Positions 1-10,196 of a stretch of 64,000 nt of DNA are shown here, in pieces. Both the position numbers and the translations under genes were made by a program. Position 1 is the first letter of the stretch. Each line of letters opens with the position of its first letter. The notes beneath the pieces are model-generated. The model made no database searches and was not told the DNA's origin. It was given only the letters and a program-made list of their open reading frames with translations. The stretch comes from an uncultured Candidatus Saccharibacteria bacterium (GTDB taxonomy: Bacteria > Patescibacteriota > Doudnabacteria > UBA920): the NCBI GenBank assembly GCA_964505635.1, contig CAZDIP010000001.1, forward strand, positions 116,386 through 180,385, given 5' to 3'.

Positions 1-30
1 GGCGCGCATGTCCAGAGCAGACTGCGCGCC
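1..30 (-). terminator. GC-rich hairpin immediately downstream of the SLT-like gene
   Basis: GGCGCGCA...TGCGCGCC inverted repeat; any U-tract would lie outside the window. Confidence 0.45.
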
Positions 31-33
31 TTA

Positions 34-1431
34 CTATTTTATTGCCAATTCCTGGCCGTTGAAATGTTGTATAACTTTGTAAATTTTTTGTAAATAATTG
101 ACTGTTTCTTGCCTTAAGGCGGCTGGTTGTAAAGTATCCAGCTGAGAGTTTATGCCGGCTAATTCGGTTTGGGCTTTAGCAAGCTGGGATTTTAGGCTGT
201 TTTGAGTTTTTTTGTCAGGAGCCTTTTTAATTTTTGCTTTTAAATTTTTTATTTGCGTATTAGCTTTGTTGGCCTGGTCTTTTAGTATCGCAATTTGTCC
301 ATTACGATCTTCATTCCAGGTATCCCCAAAAGCATTGACCGCTCTGGCCACTCTGGTCGTTCCGCCATTGTAAGAAGCCGCGGCATAGTCAAAAACTCGG
401 CCAGAGGCAAAGCCGTAACTCGCCTTGATTCTCACCGCTCCCGCGTAGTCGTCCAGCAGTAAATACATGGCTTTTATAGCATTTCTGTGATCCGACATGC
501 CGTCTACAAAATTTGCTATTAAGTTTAAATCAGCATGTCTTTTAACCAGCGATTCGTAGGTGGAAGGAATAAATTGGGCTATTCCGCGTGCGCCGGCGGA
601 AGAAACGCTGTATTTATAGGTATCGCCTGTATTTAAAGCCAGTAAAATATTTAACTGGTTAATTGTGCCCTGGGCATTATTGTTAACTAGCACTTGCGCG
701 GTGTCTGTATGTTCGGCATAAACCAGTGCTTTTATTAAACTCGGTTTTATGGCTTCGGTGATGGTAAGTCCCGGCACTGCTTGGGAGGGAATATGGCTTA
801 AACTTTGGGCAACGTCTGAAATTACATTATTTAAGTAATTCGCGCCGTAATTTAAAACATCCGAAGAATTGAAATTTGGATTATAAGGCACATATAAAGC
901 ATCATAAATACCGGCTTCAATTTTTGCTTTGTTGCCGCTCTCCGGATTAGTAATTAAATATTTTATTGCAATGACTTGGGCGTTTTCAGGCTTTGTTACT
1001 GAAAACCGGCTATTTACTCCGTTAAACCTGACCAAGCTAACCTCTGTATCACTTTTGGGGAAAGTCATGGTCTTGCCGTTTTGTTTACCCACCACAATTT
1101 TTATGTTGTTAGTGTTGGGGTCTAATACTGCAACAGCAATATCCTTGCTGGTTAAATTGTAGGAAGAAATGGTCTTTGTTGTTTTACCGGTTTTTTTGTT
1201 CTTTACGTTTTTGTAAACCGGAGTTAAACTATAACTCAATTTTATCTGGCTTAATTTTGCTTTTGCTTCCGCAGCGGCGAGGATCAAAGAAGGTGCCGTG
1301 CTCGTGCTTTGCCCTAAAATTAAAGTCGGCGTTGTTGAAGCCTGAACCGAATTTGAAAAATTTATCAGGCCTAGGCCTGATAATAAAGTTGCGCACAAAA
1401 ATAAAAGACAATTTTTTGTTTGTAATTTCAT
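34..1431 (-). CDS. Secreted lytic transglycosylase (SLT/lysozyme-like) domain protein with coiled-coil insert
   Basis: Signal peptide after MKLQTKN; motifs AEH, SSAGARGIAQFIPSTY, ASYNGG, ETVNYLQKI. Start moved to ATG 1431, which lies 6 nt after TGtTATAAT. Confidence 0.75.
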   Translation of the reverse strand: MKLQTKNCLLFLCATLLSGLGLINFSNSVQASTTPTLILGQSTSTAPSLILAAAEAKAKLSQIKLSYSLTPVYKNVKNKKTGKTTKTISSYNLTSKDIAVAVLDPNTNNIKIVVGKQNGKTMTFPKSDTEVSLVRFNGVNSRFSVTKPENAQVIAIKYLITNPESGNKAKIEAGIYDALYVPYNPNFNSSDVLNYGANYLNNVISDVAQSLSHIPSQAVPGLTITEAIKPSLIKALVYAEHTDTAQVLVNNNAQGTINQLNILLALNTGDTYKYSVSSAGARGIAQFIPSTYESLVKRHADLNLIANFVDGMSDHRNAIKAMYLLLDDYAGAVRIKASYGFASGRVFDYAAASYNGGTTRVARAVNAFGDTWNEDRNGQIAILKDQANKANTQIKNLKAKIKKAPDKKTQNSLKSQLAKAQTELAGINSQLDTLQPAALRQETVNYLQKIYKVIQHFNGQELAIK

Positions 1432-1446
1432 GCTATTATTATAACA
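1431..1446. promoter_or_regulatory. Overlapping divergent extended -10 promoters
   Basis: Minus strand TG-T-TATAAT (1438-1446); plus strand TG-C-TATTAT (1431-1439); the two genes are only 32 bp apart. Confidence 0.55.
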
Positions 1447-1463
1447 TATCAATTTTTCGTTCC

Positions 1464-2912
1464 ATGACCAATTTAGTAACAAAAAATATATTTTGGCTCA
1501 GCTTTTCCAGAATTTCCGCGTTAGTAATGCTCTTTTTTGCCTATACTCAGTTGTTTAGGTATTTGGGTCCTGAAATCTACGGCCAGTACCAGTTTGTTTT
1601 GTCCTATGTAATGCTTTTTTCCACAGTGGTTGACTTCGGTATTCAGCAGTTTATTCAAAAAAAAATCAGTGAAGAACCGGCTAAAACAAAAAAGTATTTC
1701 CAAGATTTTTTAAATTTTGAAATTTTTGCAGCCGGGTTTTTGTTTGGCGCCTTAATTTTAATTGCTTACTTAAATAGTTACCCGAGGGAAATTTTTTACG
1801 GCATACTTGTGGCGGGTTTTGGTATGTCTATAAATGCATTATGCTATCCCTACTTGGCTGTCATGTCCGCTTTCCAGGATTTAAAAAAAGTAGCGTTAAT
1901 AAATTTTATTAACTCGTTTGTTAACATTACGATAATTTTTTTAGCAATTTGGCTAAAATTTGAAATTGTGTTTTTGGCCGCTATTCAGTTGGTGTTTGGC
2001 GCGGTTGATTTAATCCTGTATAAGGTTTTTACAAAAAAATATTTAAAAAACAACCAACAACCCTACCAGTTTAGAGGTTTTTTTGTGGATATAGTTGGGA
2101 TTTTAAAAAAAGGCTGGCCGTTTGTACTCCTGGTAGGTTTTAGCTCTATTTATAATCGCATAGACATGGTAATTATTTCCCACTTAAAAGGCTTTGAACA
2201 GACAGGTTATTATGCAGCGGCATACAAGCTTTTTGATCTTTTGGCTTTTTTCCCCGCCATAGTTTCGCACGCCTTATACCCCTTTTTTGCCGCCAGCGTT
2301 GCTAAAAATTTATTTTTTGAAATTAAAGAAACTTTGGAAAAATATTTAAGACTTATGTTTTTGCTGGCGTTACCCATGGCAGTCGGCGGAACCTTATTGT
2401 CGGAGGGTTTAATTAAGCTGATTGCCGGACCTGAATATTTATCGGCCGCTCCCGTGTTCGCGATTTTGATTTGGGCAGCGGCTTTGTTATTTATGTATAT
2501 TCCCTTAAACGCCTTTGTCATTTCGCAGTTTACTAAAAAAGCGGCCTTTATAACCGGCGTAAATGTTTTTTTAAATATCGCCGGTAATTTGTTTTTTATG
2601 GGTTATCTGGGTTATGGAATTTGGAGCGCTGCCGTAATGACAATTTTAAGCGAATTATTACAGGGCGCATTTTACTTTTATTTGGTTAAGACTAAGTTAA
2701 ATGGCCTGGTTTTTAAAAAAAATTTTTGGCCTCCTTTTTTCGCTTCAGCGGGAATGGGGGTCATTTTATATTTTTTGAAACCGGCAAATTTAGTATTTGG
2801 TTTGTTAACAGGCGGTTTTACCTACCTAATTCTTTTATTTTTAATGGGCTATATAAAAAAAACGGACATTCTTTTTATTCAGTCTTTTATATCGCTGAAA
2901 AAGCATGACTAA
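1464..2912 (+). CDS. wzx: Wzx-type oligosaccharide flippase
   Basis: Many TM helices; motifs YLGPEIYGQY, DFGI, IYNRIDMVII, GYYAAAYKL; likely start ATG 1464. Confidence 0.88.
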   Translation: MTNLVTKNIFWLSFSRISALVMLFFAYTQLFRYLGPEIYGQYQFVLSYVMLFSTVVDFGIQQFIQKKISEEPAKTKKYFQDFLNFEIFAAGFLFGALILIAYLNSYPREIFYGILVAGFGMSINALCYPYLAVMSAFQDLKKVALINFINSFVNITIIFLAIWLKFEIVFLAAIQLVFGAVDLILYKVFTKKYLKNNQQPYQFRGFFVDIVGILKKGWPFVLLVGFSSIYNRIDMVIISHLKGFEQTGYYAAAYKLFDLLAFFPAIVSHALYPFFAASVAKNLFFEIKETLEKYLRLMFLLALPMAVGGTLLSEGLIKLIAGPEYLSAAPVFAILIWAAALLFMYIPLNAFVISQFTKKAAFITGVNVFLNIAGNLFFMGYLGYGIWSAAVMTILSELLQGAFYFYLVKTKLNGLVFKKNFWPPFFASAGMGVILYFLKPANLVFGLLTGGFTYLILLFLMGYIKKTDILFIQSFISLKKHD

Positions 2913-3336
2913 ACGCAATCTTACCAAAATTATGGTTTTTGGAACATTTGATATTCTGCATAAAGGCCATATAAGTTTTTTTAAACAGGCTAGAAAGCTG
3001 GCAAAAAAACCTTACTTGATTGTAAGCGTGGCGCGCGATAAAAATGTAAAAAAAATTAAAAAACATTCCCCATTTTATTCCGAGGCGCGGAGATTATATA
3101 ATCTAAAAAAGTTAAAATTTGTTGACAAGGTAGTTTTAGGCTCTAAAAGCGGCTATTTAAAACACATATTAAATAACAAGCCTGACATTGTGGCTCTTGG
3201 TTATGACCAAAAAGCTTACACTAAGAATTTGTTTCAAAAGCTTAATAATCAAGGGTTGAAGGTAGTAATTAAAAGACTAAGGCCTTTTAAAGCCCAAATC
3301 TATAAATCTTCGCTTTTTTTAAAAAAAATGTTATAA
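2905..3336 (+). CDS. Cytidylyltransferase-family nucleotidyltransferase (TagD/RibL-like)
   Basis: GTFDILHKGH (HxGH) motif, VARD, LGYDQ. Confidence 0.85.
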   Translation: MTKRNLTKIMVFGTFDILHKGHISFFKQARKLAKKPYLIVSVARDKNVKKIKKHSPFYSEARRLYNLKKLKFVDKVVLGSKSGYLKHILNNKPDIVALGYDQKAYTKNLFQKLNNQGLKVVIKRLRPFKAQIYKSSLFLKKML

Positions 3337-3354
3337 TTAAAAAAATAGGTATAT

Positions 3355-4014
3355 ATGGAAATAAATAATACAAATAATATCAGCACCCAGACACCAACCA
3401 GCATCCAAACAGAAAACAACAAGCAATTTAAAAGTTTTTGGCCGGTAATAATTATTGCTACTTTATCAGCCTTAGTAGGCGGTTTGGTAGTTTGGAGTGT
3501 GAATAATACAAATTTGGAGCAAGATGCGCTAAGTCTTTTACCCGGAAGTTCTTATTCTAAAGTTCACGAACAGGTAGAGAAAGACAAGGTAACCCAAAAC
3601 CAGACTTACAGTATGCTGGCTGAAGCCGGTGAAATTCAGGCAAAAAATTGGTTGACTTATAAGAATCAAGAGTATGGTTTTAAGTTGAGTTTTCCGCCAA
3701 CATGGGAAGGGTACAAGGTATTCATATCATCGGGAAGCAACGGAGTAGGAGCTCCAACATATTTGAGTTTTTCAATGCCGACAGTAGACAAATTGAGTTT
3801 TGTTGCTAGCCAAACAGAGCAAGTATATGGTTATGCGTCAATTTTTGAAATAACTGTTATAGCTAAAGAGAGGCAGTATCAGGGAACTGGCACTAAAATG
3901 GCCGAAGATAAAGACAATGTTTATTATTATACAGTCAATGGTGTTCCCGGGGATTTAAAAAATATAAATTTTGAAACCCAGAAAATTATTTCTACTTTTG
4001 AATTCATAAAATAA
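3355..4014 (+). CDS. Membrane-anchored hypothetical protein (PsbP-like extracellular domain)
   Basis: Single N-terminal TM; WLTYKNQEYGFKLSFPPTW motif and IISTFEF C-terminus typical of CPR surface proteins. Confidence 0.6.
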   Translation: MEINNTNNISTQTPTSIQTENNKQFKSFWPVIIIATLSALVGGLVVWSVNNTNLEQDALSLLPGSSYSKVHEQVEKDKVTQNQTYSMLAEAGEIQAKNWLTYKNQEYGFKLSFPPTWEGYKVFISSGSNGVGAPTYLSFSMPTVDKLSFVASQTEQVYGYASIFEITVIAKERQYQGTGTKMAEDKDNVYYYTVNGVPGDLKNINFETQKIISTFEFIK

Positions 4015-5094
4015 ATGTTAATTGGCATAGAAGCAGAAAGGGCGAATAATCCGGAAAAGACCGGAGTGGAGCATTATGCCAAGCAGCTTATTCTGCATTT
4101 GGCAAAAATTGATTCTGTTAACGAATATGTACTATTCCTCCGGACTAAACCGGAGGAATGGTTTTTTAAGCTGCCAAAGAACTTTAAAGTAAAAATTATA
4201 CCGTTTCCAATTTTTTGGACGCAAATCCGTCTTTCTTTGGAAATGCTATTTAATCCGGTTGACGTGCTGTTCATTCCGGCTTCGGCTTTGCCGTTTATTC
4301 ATCCAAAATGCAGCATTGTAACAATTCACGATGTAGCTTGGAGGTATTTTCCAAAAAGTTTTACTTGGTTTATGCGCAATTTTTTGGAATGGTCAACAAA
4401 ATTTGCGATTAAGAATGCTTCAAATATTATTGCGGTTTCGGAAAGTACCAAGCGGGATTTGGTAAAATTTTATGGAGTGGGAGAAAAAAAGATCACAGTT
4501 ATTCATCATGGTTTTGAAAGCCCGAATGATCAAAAGCTACAAGCTACCAGCTACAAGCTACCAGCTAAGTATATTTTATTCCTTTCTACCATCCAACCAA
4601 GGAAAAATTTACAAGGGCTCATTGAAGCATTTAAGGATTTAAAAACTGAAAATCCAGAAATTTCTCATAAATTAGTTGTTGTGGGAAGGCCTGGATGGAA
4701 ATACCAGAAAATATTAAAATATATTGATAGTTATAAGGATATCGTTCTGTATTTAGGCCATGTTAGCGATAAAGAGCGATTTAGCATACTCTCAAAAGCG
4801 GATTTATTAGTTTTGCCTAGTTTCTACGAGGGTTTTGGCATGCAAATCTTAGAAGCGTTTGAAGCGGGCACGCCGGTTGCGACTTCCAATGTTTCCAGTA
4901 TGCCAGAAGTAGCCAAAGAAGCAGCGATTTATTTTAATCCTCACAACGCAGCAGAAATAAAAAATTCAATTAAGGCGGTATTGTTGGACAAATCACTGGC
5001 CGACCGCCTGAGACAAAAAGGCTGCGAAAGGCTTAAAGAATTTTCCTGGGAAAAGTGCGCCAGCCAGACTTTGGATTTAATTAAGAATTTTTAG
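4015..5094 (+). CDS. GT4 glycosyltransferase
   Basis: TIHD, PRKNL, PSFYEGFGMQILEA motifs. Confidence 0.92.
   Translation: MLIGIEAERANNPEKTGVEHYAKQLILHLAKIDSVNEYVLFLRTKPEEWFFKLPKNFKVKIIPFPIFWTQIRLSLEMLFNPVDVLFIPASALPFIHPKCSIVTIHDVAWRYFPKSFTWFMRNFLEWSTKFAIKNASNIIAVSESTKRDLVKFYGVGEKKITVIHHGFESPNDQKLQATSYKLPAKYILFLSTIQPRKNLQGLIEAFKDLKTENPEISHKLVVVGRPGWKYQKILKYIDSYKDIVLYLGHVSDKERFSILSKADLLVLPSFYEGFGMQILEAFEAGTPVATSNVSSMPEVAKEAAIYFNPHNAAEIKNSIKAVLLDKSLADRLRQKGCERLKEFSWEKCASQTLDLIKNF
4534..4568 (+). repeat. 5 x heptamer (A/C)AGCTAC tandem repeat inside the GT4 gene
   Basis: aagctac aagctac cagctac aagctac cagctaa. Confidence 0.9.
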
Positions 5095-5095
5095 T

Positions 5096-6385
5096 ATGGA
5101 TTTATTTTTATTTTTCCTATTTATTGCATTAGCTTTTGGTTTTTTTTGCTTTTTTGTCAGGGGGCCTTACAAGCAAAGTCCTTTATGGCTTATGTTTTCA
5201 GCATGGATGTTGGCCTTGGGTGTACCAAGACTTAATTTATCCCGAATTGAACGTCCCGGAAGTTTTGAATTTTGGATTTTGGTTTTTTTGTCATTGGCAA
5301 GTTTTGCTTTCGGGTTTTTTGTTTTTAAAGCCTGGGCTGATAAGTGGAAAATTTGGGCGCAAATTGCCACTTATTTCAATAACGAGATTTCCCTAAAAAC
5401 TTTACGTATTGTTATCTATATTTTGTGCCTAATTTCTTTAGCCGCTCTTTATTTATTTTATGAAAAAGCCGGAAATTTTCCGCTGTTAGATGTTAGTCCC
5501 GACGAGTTTAGATTTGCGGCGGATGAAAAAGTTCCAGGCTTAATTAATTATTCCGCCCAGCTTGCCAGGTTATTTGTGCCTTTATCTTTTTATCTTATTC
5601 TTAAAGAAGGTTTTGTATTTAAAAAACACCTGGATTTAGTTATTATTAATTTGGTTGGGATATTTGCCCTGATTTTGTTTGCTTCAAGAACCCAGATATA
5701 TTTTATTGACCTGTGGGTTATGGCCTTGTATTTATTTATAAGAAAACCAGACTTAAAAAGGGCTTTAAAATTTTATCCGATCTTTTTGTTAATATCAGTC
5801 GTGGTTCTTTCAGCAATTCCTTTAATAAGACAAGCAAAAAGCTATGGTAGCGACTATTTGGCCGACATAACGGAAATTGACAGCAGGAATTTTTCAAGGC
5901 CAGCGAAACTTTTATTGCCAATTTATGTTGGAATTTCGTTTAATATGCAGGCTCTTATGCACGCAGAGGAATATTATCAACATAACCCTTTGCAAAAAGG
6001 CAAGGTCAGCATGCATCCTTTTACTAATATGCTAGGGCTGAAAAATTTAAAACCGGAATTTGATTTGGGCAAAATTTTTAAACCATGGTGGAATACCGGG
6101 ACTTATTTATTTCCCTTCATTCAGGATTTTGGACGGGTGGCGTTTTTTGCGGTGCCGTTTTTGTTCGCCGGTGTTTTTACAATTTTGTGGAAATTTTTAC
6201 AGACAAACGCTAATTTTTTATCCATAAATTTTTATGCTTACGTTTGCTTTTTTATAGTAATGAGTATTTATTTGTCATTTACAGTAAGAGCTGAAATGTA
6301 CATGGATATTTTTTTTATTTTTCTAATTTATTTTCTAACAAAAAAACCAAACACTAGGTTGCTAGATAGTAACCTAGTGAAATAA
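5096..6385 (+). CDS. Wzy-like oligosaccharide repeat-unit polymerase
   Basis: About 10-11 TM helices; ASRT and WNTGTYLFPFIQDFG motifs; sits in a wzx/GT locus. Confidence 0.75.
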   Translation: MDLFLFFLFIALAFGFFCFFVRGPYKQSPLWLMFSAWMLALGVPRLNLSRIERPGSFEFWILVFLSLASFAFGFFVFKAWADKWKIWAQIATYFNNEISLKTLRIVIYILCLISLAALYLFYEKAGNFPLLDVSPDEFRFAADEKVPGLINYSAQLARLFVPLSFYLILKEGFVFKKHLDLVIINLVGIFALILFASRTQIYFIDLWVMALYLFIRKPDLKRALKFYPIFLLISVVVLSAIPLIRQAKSYGSDYLADITEIDSRNFSRPAKLLLPIYVGISFNMQALMHAEEYYQHNPLQKGKVSMHPFTNMLGLKNLKPEFDLGKIFKPWWNTGTYLFPFIQDFGRVAFFAVPFLFAGVFTILWKFLQTNANFLSINFYAYVCFFIVMSIYLSFTVRAEMYMDIFFIFLIYFLTKKPNTRLLDSNLVK

Positions 6386-6387
6386 AA

Positions 6388-7341
6388 ATGCCTAAAGTTA
6401 CTGTAATTCAAGTGATTTATAATAACCGCAAGTGGATTCCGTCGGTTTTTGACGCGATTTTTAGACAAACTTTTTCAGATTTTAACGTCGTTGCCGTAAT
6501 TGCGGGAAATCAAGGTGGCAGTAAAGAATATATAGCCGAGCATTATCCGCAAACAGAAATAATTGACCCTGGCTATAATATTGGTTTTGCCAAAGGTCAT
6601 AATTTGGTTTTCTCTTCATCAGATTCTGAATATTTCCAATTAGTAAACCCGGACATGATAATGGAGCCGAATTATATTGAGGAAATATTAAAAGCTTTTA
6701 GTGGTGAAAAAGTAGGCGCGGCAACGGGAAAACTATATAAAATAAGCAATGAACAATCAGCAGTAGGCAGAAAGCAGAATGTTCTTGATACTACAGGGGT
6801 GGTTATTAATAAATCCGGACGGGCATATGACAGGGGACAGCATGAGGTTGACAGCGGGCAATACGACAGCCTGGTTAATGTAGATGCGGTTTCAGCGGCT
6901 GGAGCTATGTATAGCGCAGCTGCCTTAAAGGCTACACGCATAACTATAAATGACAGCATTGAATATTTTGACGAAGACTTTCATAGCTATTGGGAAGATG
7001 TGGACTTAGCTTGGCGAATGAAAAACGCGGGGTACAAAAGCGTTTTTGCGCCTAAAGCCGTAGGCTATCACGGCCGCGGCGCAGGATCTTCCAAAGGCGG
7101 GTATATAAAAATTTTTAGCTTTATTAAACACCACAGAACGCTGCCGGAAAGAATAAGGCAGCTAAATTACAAAAACCATATTTTTATGTATATAAAAAAC
7201 TCGCCGTACTTTTACCCCCAGTTTTTTGTAAGAGAGTTTTTTATGATAATCTATATACTACTGTTTGAAATTTCTACGCTAAAAGTTTTGCCCGAAATGT
7301 TTAAAAGTTTAAGTAAAATGTTTAAAAAAAGAAAAGTTTAA
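6388..7341 (+). CDS. GT2 glycosyltransferase
   Basis: NIGFAKGHN, VNPD, FDEDFHSYWEDVDLAWR. Confidence 0.92.
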   Translation: MPKVTVIQVIYNNRKWIPSVFDAIFRQTFSDFNVVAVIAGNQGGSKEYIAEHYPQTEIIDPGYNIGFAKGHNLVFSSSDSEYFQLVNPDMIMEPNYIEEILKAFSGEKVGAATGKLYKISNEQSAVGRKQNVLDTTGVVINKSGRAYDRGQHEVDSGQYDSLVNVDAVSAAGAMYSAAALKATRITINDSIEYFDEDFHSYWEDVDLAWRMKNAGYKSVFAPKAVGYHGRGAGSSKGGYIKIFSFIKHHRTLPERIRQLNYKNHIFMYIKNSPYFYPQFFVREFFMIIYILLFEISTLKVLPEMFKSLSKMFKKRKV

Positions 7342-7349
7342 AAAATTCT

Positions 7350-7934
7350 ATGCTTGAGTCAAAATATTATGGTGATCCCTCAGAGTTTGATCATCAATAT
7401 AGAAATAAAACCCGCAGTGAATCTTACGAAAACCTGCTTTCTGAAACTTGGCATCTTCCGAGCGGTTCAAGAATATTGGATATAGCATCCGGAGTCGGGG
7501 ATGAGGCGCAATTTTTGAAAGAAAATTATTCCGCAACGGTTTTTCAGACTGACATTTCACCAAACCTTTCAAATTTAGTCAGGCCGGAAAGTAATTTTAT
7601 TTTTGCCGATTTTAACAACCAGCCATTTAGGGCCGAAAGCTTTGATGGGGTGCATTGTAAAGACGCTTTGGTTCATGTGAAATCCAAAAATAGATTTTTA
7701 AACGAAGCTTATAGGGTTTTAAAACCAGGCGGCAGTTTTTTTTTGGTAAGTCAGGAAAATTTTGATTTTATTACGGCATCCGGAATAAGATATTATTTTG
7801 TATCGCCCAAAAATATAGGAGAAAAAGCAGAAAAAATTCATTTCAAAATTGAAGTTTTTGGTGAATGGAAGCCAAAAAAAGGAGAAAAGAACTGGCATAA
7901 TCAAGAAAGATTTTACTATATTTTTAGAAAATGA
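7350..7934 (+). CDS. Class I SAM-dependent methyltransferase
   Basis: ILDIASGVG, PFRAESFDGV, RVLKPGG. Confidence 0.85.
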   Translation: MLESKYYGDPSEFDHQYRNKTRSESYENLLSETWHLPSGSRILDIASGVGDEAQFLKENYSATVFQTDISPNLSNLVRPESNFIFADFNNQPFRAESFDGVHCKDALVHVKSKNRFLNEAYRVLKPGGSFFLVSQENFDFITASGIRYYFVSPKNIGEKAEKIHFKIEVFGEWKPKKGEKNWHNQERFYYIFRK

Positions 7935-8797
7935 ATTTAAGCAAAATTTCCATAATCATACTGTCTTACAATTCTAAAACCGACTTAGAGCGGCTTTTGC
8001 CGAGTATTTTTGCTAGTGAGGGCAGTATTAATTACGAAGTCATTGTGATTGATAATGGTTCAACTGACGGGACATTGGATTGGTTAAAAGCTGCAATCTA
8101 CAAGCTGACAGCTATTGCAAACGCAAATAATGGATTCGCGCACGGGAATAATTTAGGCATTAAAGAGGCGAACGGAAAATATTTGCTTATTCTCAACCCG
8201 GATACCCGCTTAGAAAAAGATACATTAAAAACAATGTACGAGTTTATGGAAGCCTGTCCGCAAGTCGGCATAAGTACTTGCAAGGTCGTGTTACCAAACG
8301 GAAAATTAGACTTAGCTTGCCGCAGAAGGTTTCCCAATCCGTGGAATAGTTTTAAAATGCTATTTTTAAAAAACAATACCGACTATAATTTTATGGATGT
8401 TGATGAAAATCAGTCCATAGAAATTGACGCTTGCATGGGCGCGTTTATGTTTGTAAGGCATTCTGTTTTGGACAAAATTGGCTATTTTGACGAATCTTTT
8501 TTTATGTATGGGGAGGATTTGGACTTATGCTGGCGAGTAAAAGAAGCCGGATATAAAGTTTGGTATAATCCTAAGGTTTTTATTACTCACTTTAAAGGAT
8601 CTTCCTCCCGTAAAATTGCTTTTAAGGCTCTAAAGTGGTTTTATGATTCCATGTGGATTTTTTATAAGAAACACTATTCGGCTAAGTACCCGGTTGTTTT
8701 TAATTGGATTGTGTTTGTCGGCATTTATTCACTGTATACATATAAGTTTATAATCAACTTTTTTAAATTTGAGCCTGAAGTAAGCAGTCGGGGATAA
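7931..8797 (+). CDS. GT2 glycosyltransferase (WbbL-like)
   Basis: IDNGSTDG, LNPD, FFMYGEDLDLCWR. Confidence 0.92.
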   Translation: MNLSKISIIILSYNSKTDLERLLPSIFASEGSINYEVIVIDNGSTDGTLDWLKAAIYKLTAIANANNGFAHGNNLGIKEANGKYLLILNPDTRLEKDTLKTMYEFMEACPQVGISTCKVVLPNGKLDLACRRRFPNPWNSFKMLFLKNNTDYNFMDVDENQSIEIDACMGAFMFVRHSVLDKIGYFDESFFMYGEDLDLCWRVKEAGYKVWYNPKVFITHFKGSSSRKIAFKALKWFYDSMWIFYKKHYSAKYPVVFNWIVFVGIYSLYTYKFIINFFKFEPEVSSRG

Positions 8798-8853
8798 AGC
8801 TTGGAGTTTGTCATAAAAATTGTTATCATACAAAGGTATAATTAACTCAATTT

Positions 8854-10122
8854 ATGGAAAATTCCGATTTTATTCAGACAAATTTAGAACAGGCGCCCAA
8901 ACCTAAATCCAAGTCCAGGTTTGTTTTAATAATTGGCTTTATTTTAGTAGCTTTTTTTGCTTACCAGTTAGGCTTTAAGGCAGGCAGGGAGGGATATGTT
9001 TTTGATCCAAAAAGCTTTAAAGTAATAAACCAGGCCGATCAACCACAAATAGTAGATTACAGCCTGTTGTGGGATGCTCTAAACATTTTAGACACTAAAT
9101 TTATTGACAAGCCGCTTAACCCTCAAAAAGCCCTTTACGGCTCAATAAGAGGAGCCGTTGCTTCTACGGGGGACCCTTACACGGATTTTTTTGAACCTAA
9201 GGCCTTAGAAACTTTTAAAACCGACCTAAAGGGCAGTTTTGACGGAATTGGCGCTGAGGTTTCAAAAAAAGATGGGCTTATCGTGATTGTTGCTCCGTTA
9301 GACGAAAGTCCGGCTAAAAAAGCAGGCTTAAAAGCTCAAGATATAATTTTAAAAGTAAACGGCGAAGATGTATCCGGATGGTCGGTCGAAGAAGCCGTAA
9401 ATAAGATACGAGGACCAAAAGGCAGCGAGGTAACTTTGACAATTTTTAGGCAGGGTGGAGAGAAGCCTTTTGAAGTCACCATTAAAAGGGATGTAATAAG
9501 AATTAAAAGCGTGAAATGGGAATTTAAAACTCAACAGATAAACGGCCAAAATAAAATCATAGCGGTAATTAACTTAACCAAATTTGGGGATGATACCGAA
9601 ACCTTGTTTAAACAAGCTGTTAATGAATTGTTGCGAAAAGGCGTTGATGGAATTGTTTTAGATTTAAGAAATGACCCGGGCGGTTATTTGCAAACCGCAG
9701 TTGAAATTTCTTCTAATTGGCTAAAGAGCGGAACTTTGGTTGTAACAGAAGCAAAAAGCACAGGGGAAAATATTTTATACAAATCGGAAGGCTCTGGCAG
9801 GCTGTATGGCGTACCTACAGTTGTGCTGATTAATGGCGGAAGCGCTTCGGCATCTGAAATTCTCGCCGGAGCTTTACAAGACCATAAAATGGCTAAATTA
9901 GTTGGTGAAAAATCTTTTGGCAAGGGTAGTGTCCAGGAATTGGTAGAATTAAAAGACGGAAGTGCACTTAAAGTTACTGTTGCCAAATGGGTCACGCCGG
10001 GAGGTAAAAATTTAAACAAAGAGGGATTAACTCCCGATATTGAGATAAAAATTTCAGATGAGGATTTAAAAAACAACAAGGATACACAGCTTGAAAAAGC
10101 TTTGGAAGAAGTAATAAAATAG
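8854..10122 (+). CDS. ctpA: Carboxyl-terminal processing protease, S41A family
   Basis: N-terminal TM, PDZ domain, LDLRNDPGG, SASASEI, GKGSVQ. Confidence 0.93.
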   Translation: MENSDFIQTNLEQAPKPKSKSRFVLIIGFILVAFFAYQLGFKAGREGYVFDPKSFKVINQADQPQIVDYSLLWDALNILDTKFIDKPLNPQKALYGSIRGAVASTGDPYTDFFEPKALETFKTDLKGSFDGIGAEVSKKDGLIVIVAPLDESPAKKAGLKAQDIILKVNGEDVSGWSVEEAVNKIRGPKGSEVTLTIFRQGGEKPFEVTIKRDVIRIKSVKWEFKTQQINGQNKIIAVINLTKFGDDTETLFKQAVNELLRKGVDGIVLDLRNDPGGYLQTAVEISSNWLKSGTLVVTEAKSTGENILYKSEGSGRLYGVPTVVLINGGSASASEILAGALQDHKMAKLVGEKSFGKGSVQELVELKDGSALKVTVAKWVTPGGKNLNKEGLTPDIEIKISDEDLKNNKDTQLEKALEEVIK

Positions 10123-10196
10123 ACCGCAAAAACGCGAATATTTTAAAAGTACTAACAATATCTGTATTATTCGCATAATTGCAGGTTAGTGATTCT

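Noticed and set aside
1176-1482. Apparent long overlap between the SLT gene and the flippase
   Set aside because: Artifact of the longest-ORF starts; the likely starts (1431 minus, 1464 plus) do not overlap.
4534-4568. CRISPR array
   Set aside because: Short tandem heptamers without spacers; no cas genes in the window.
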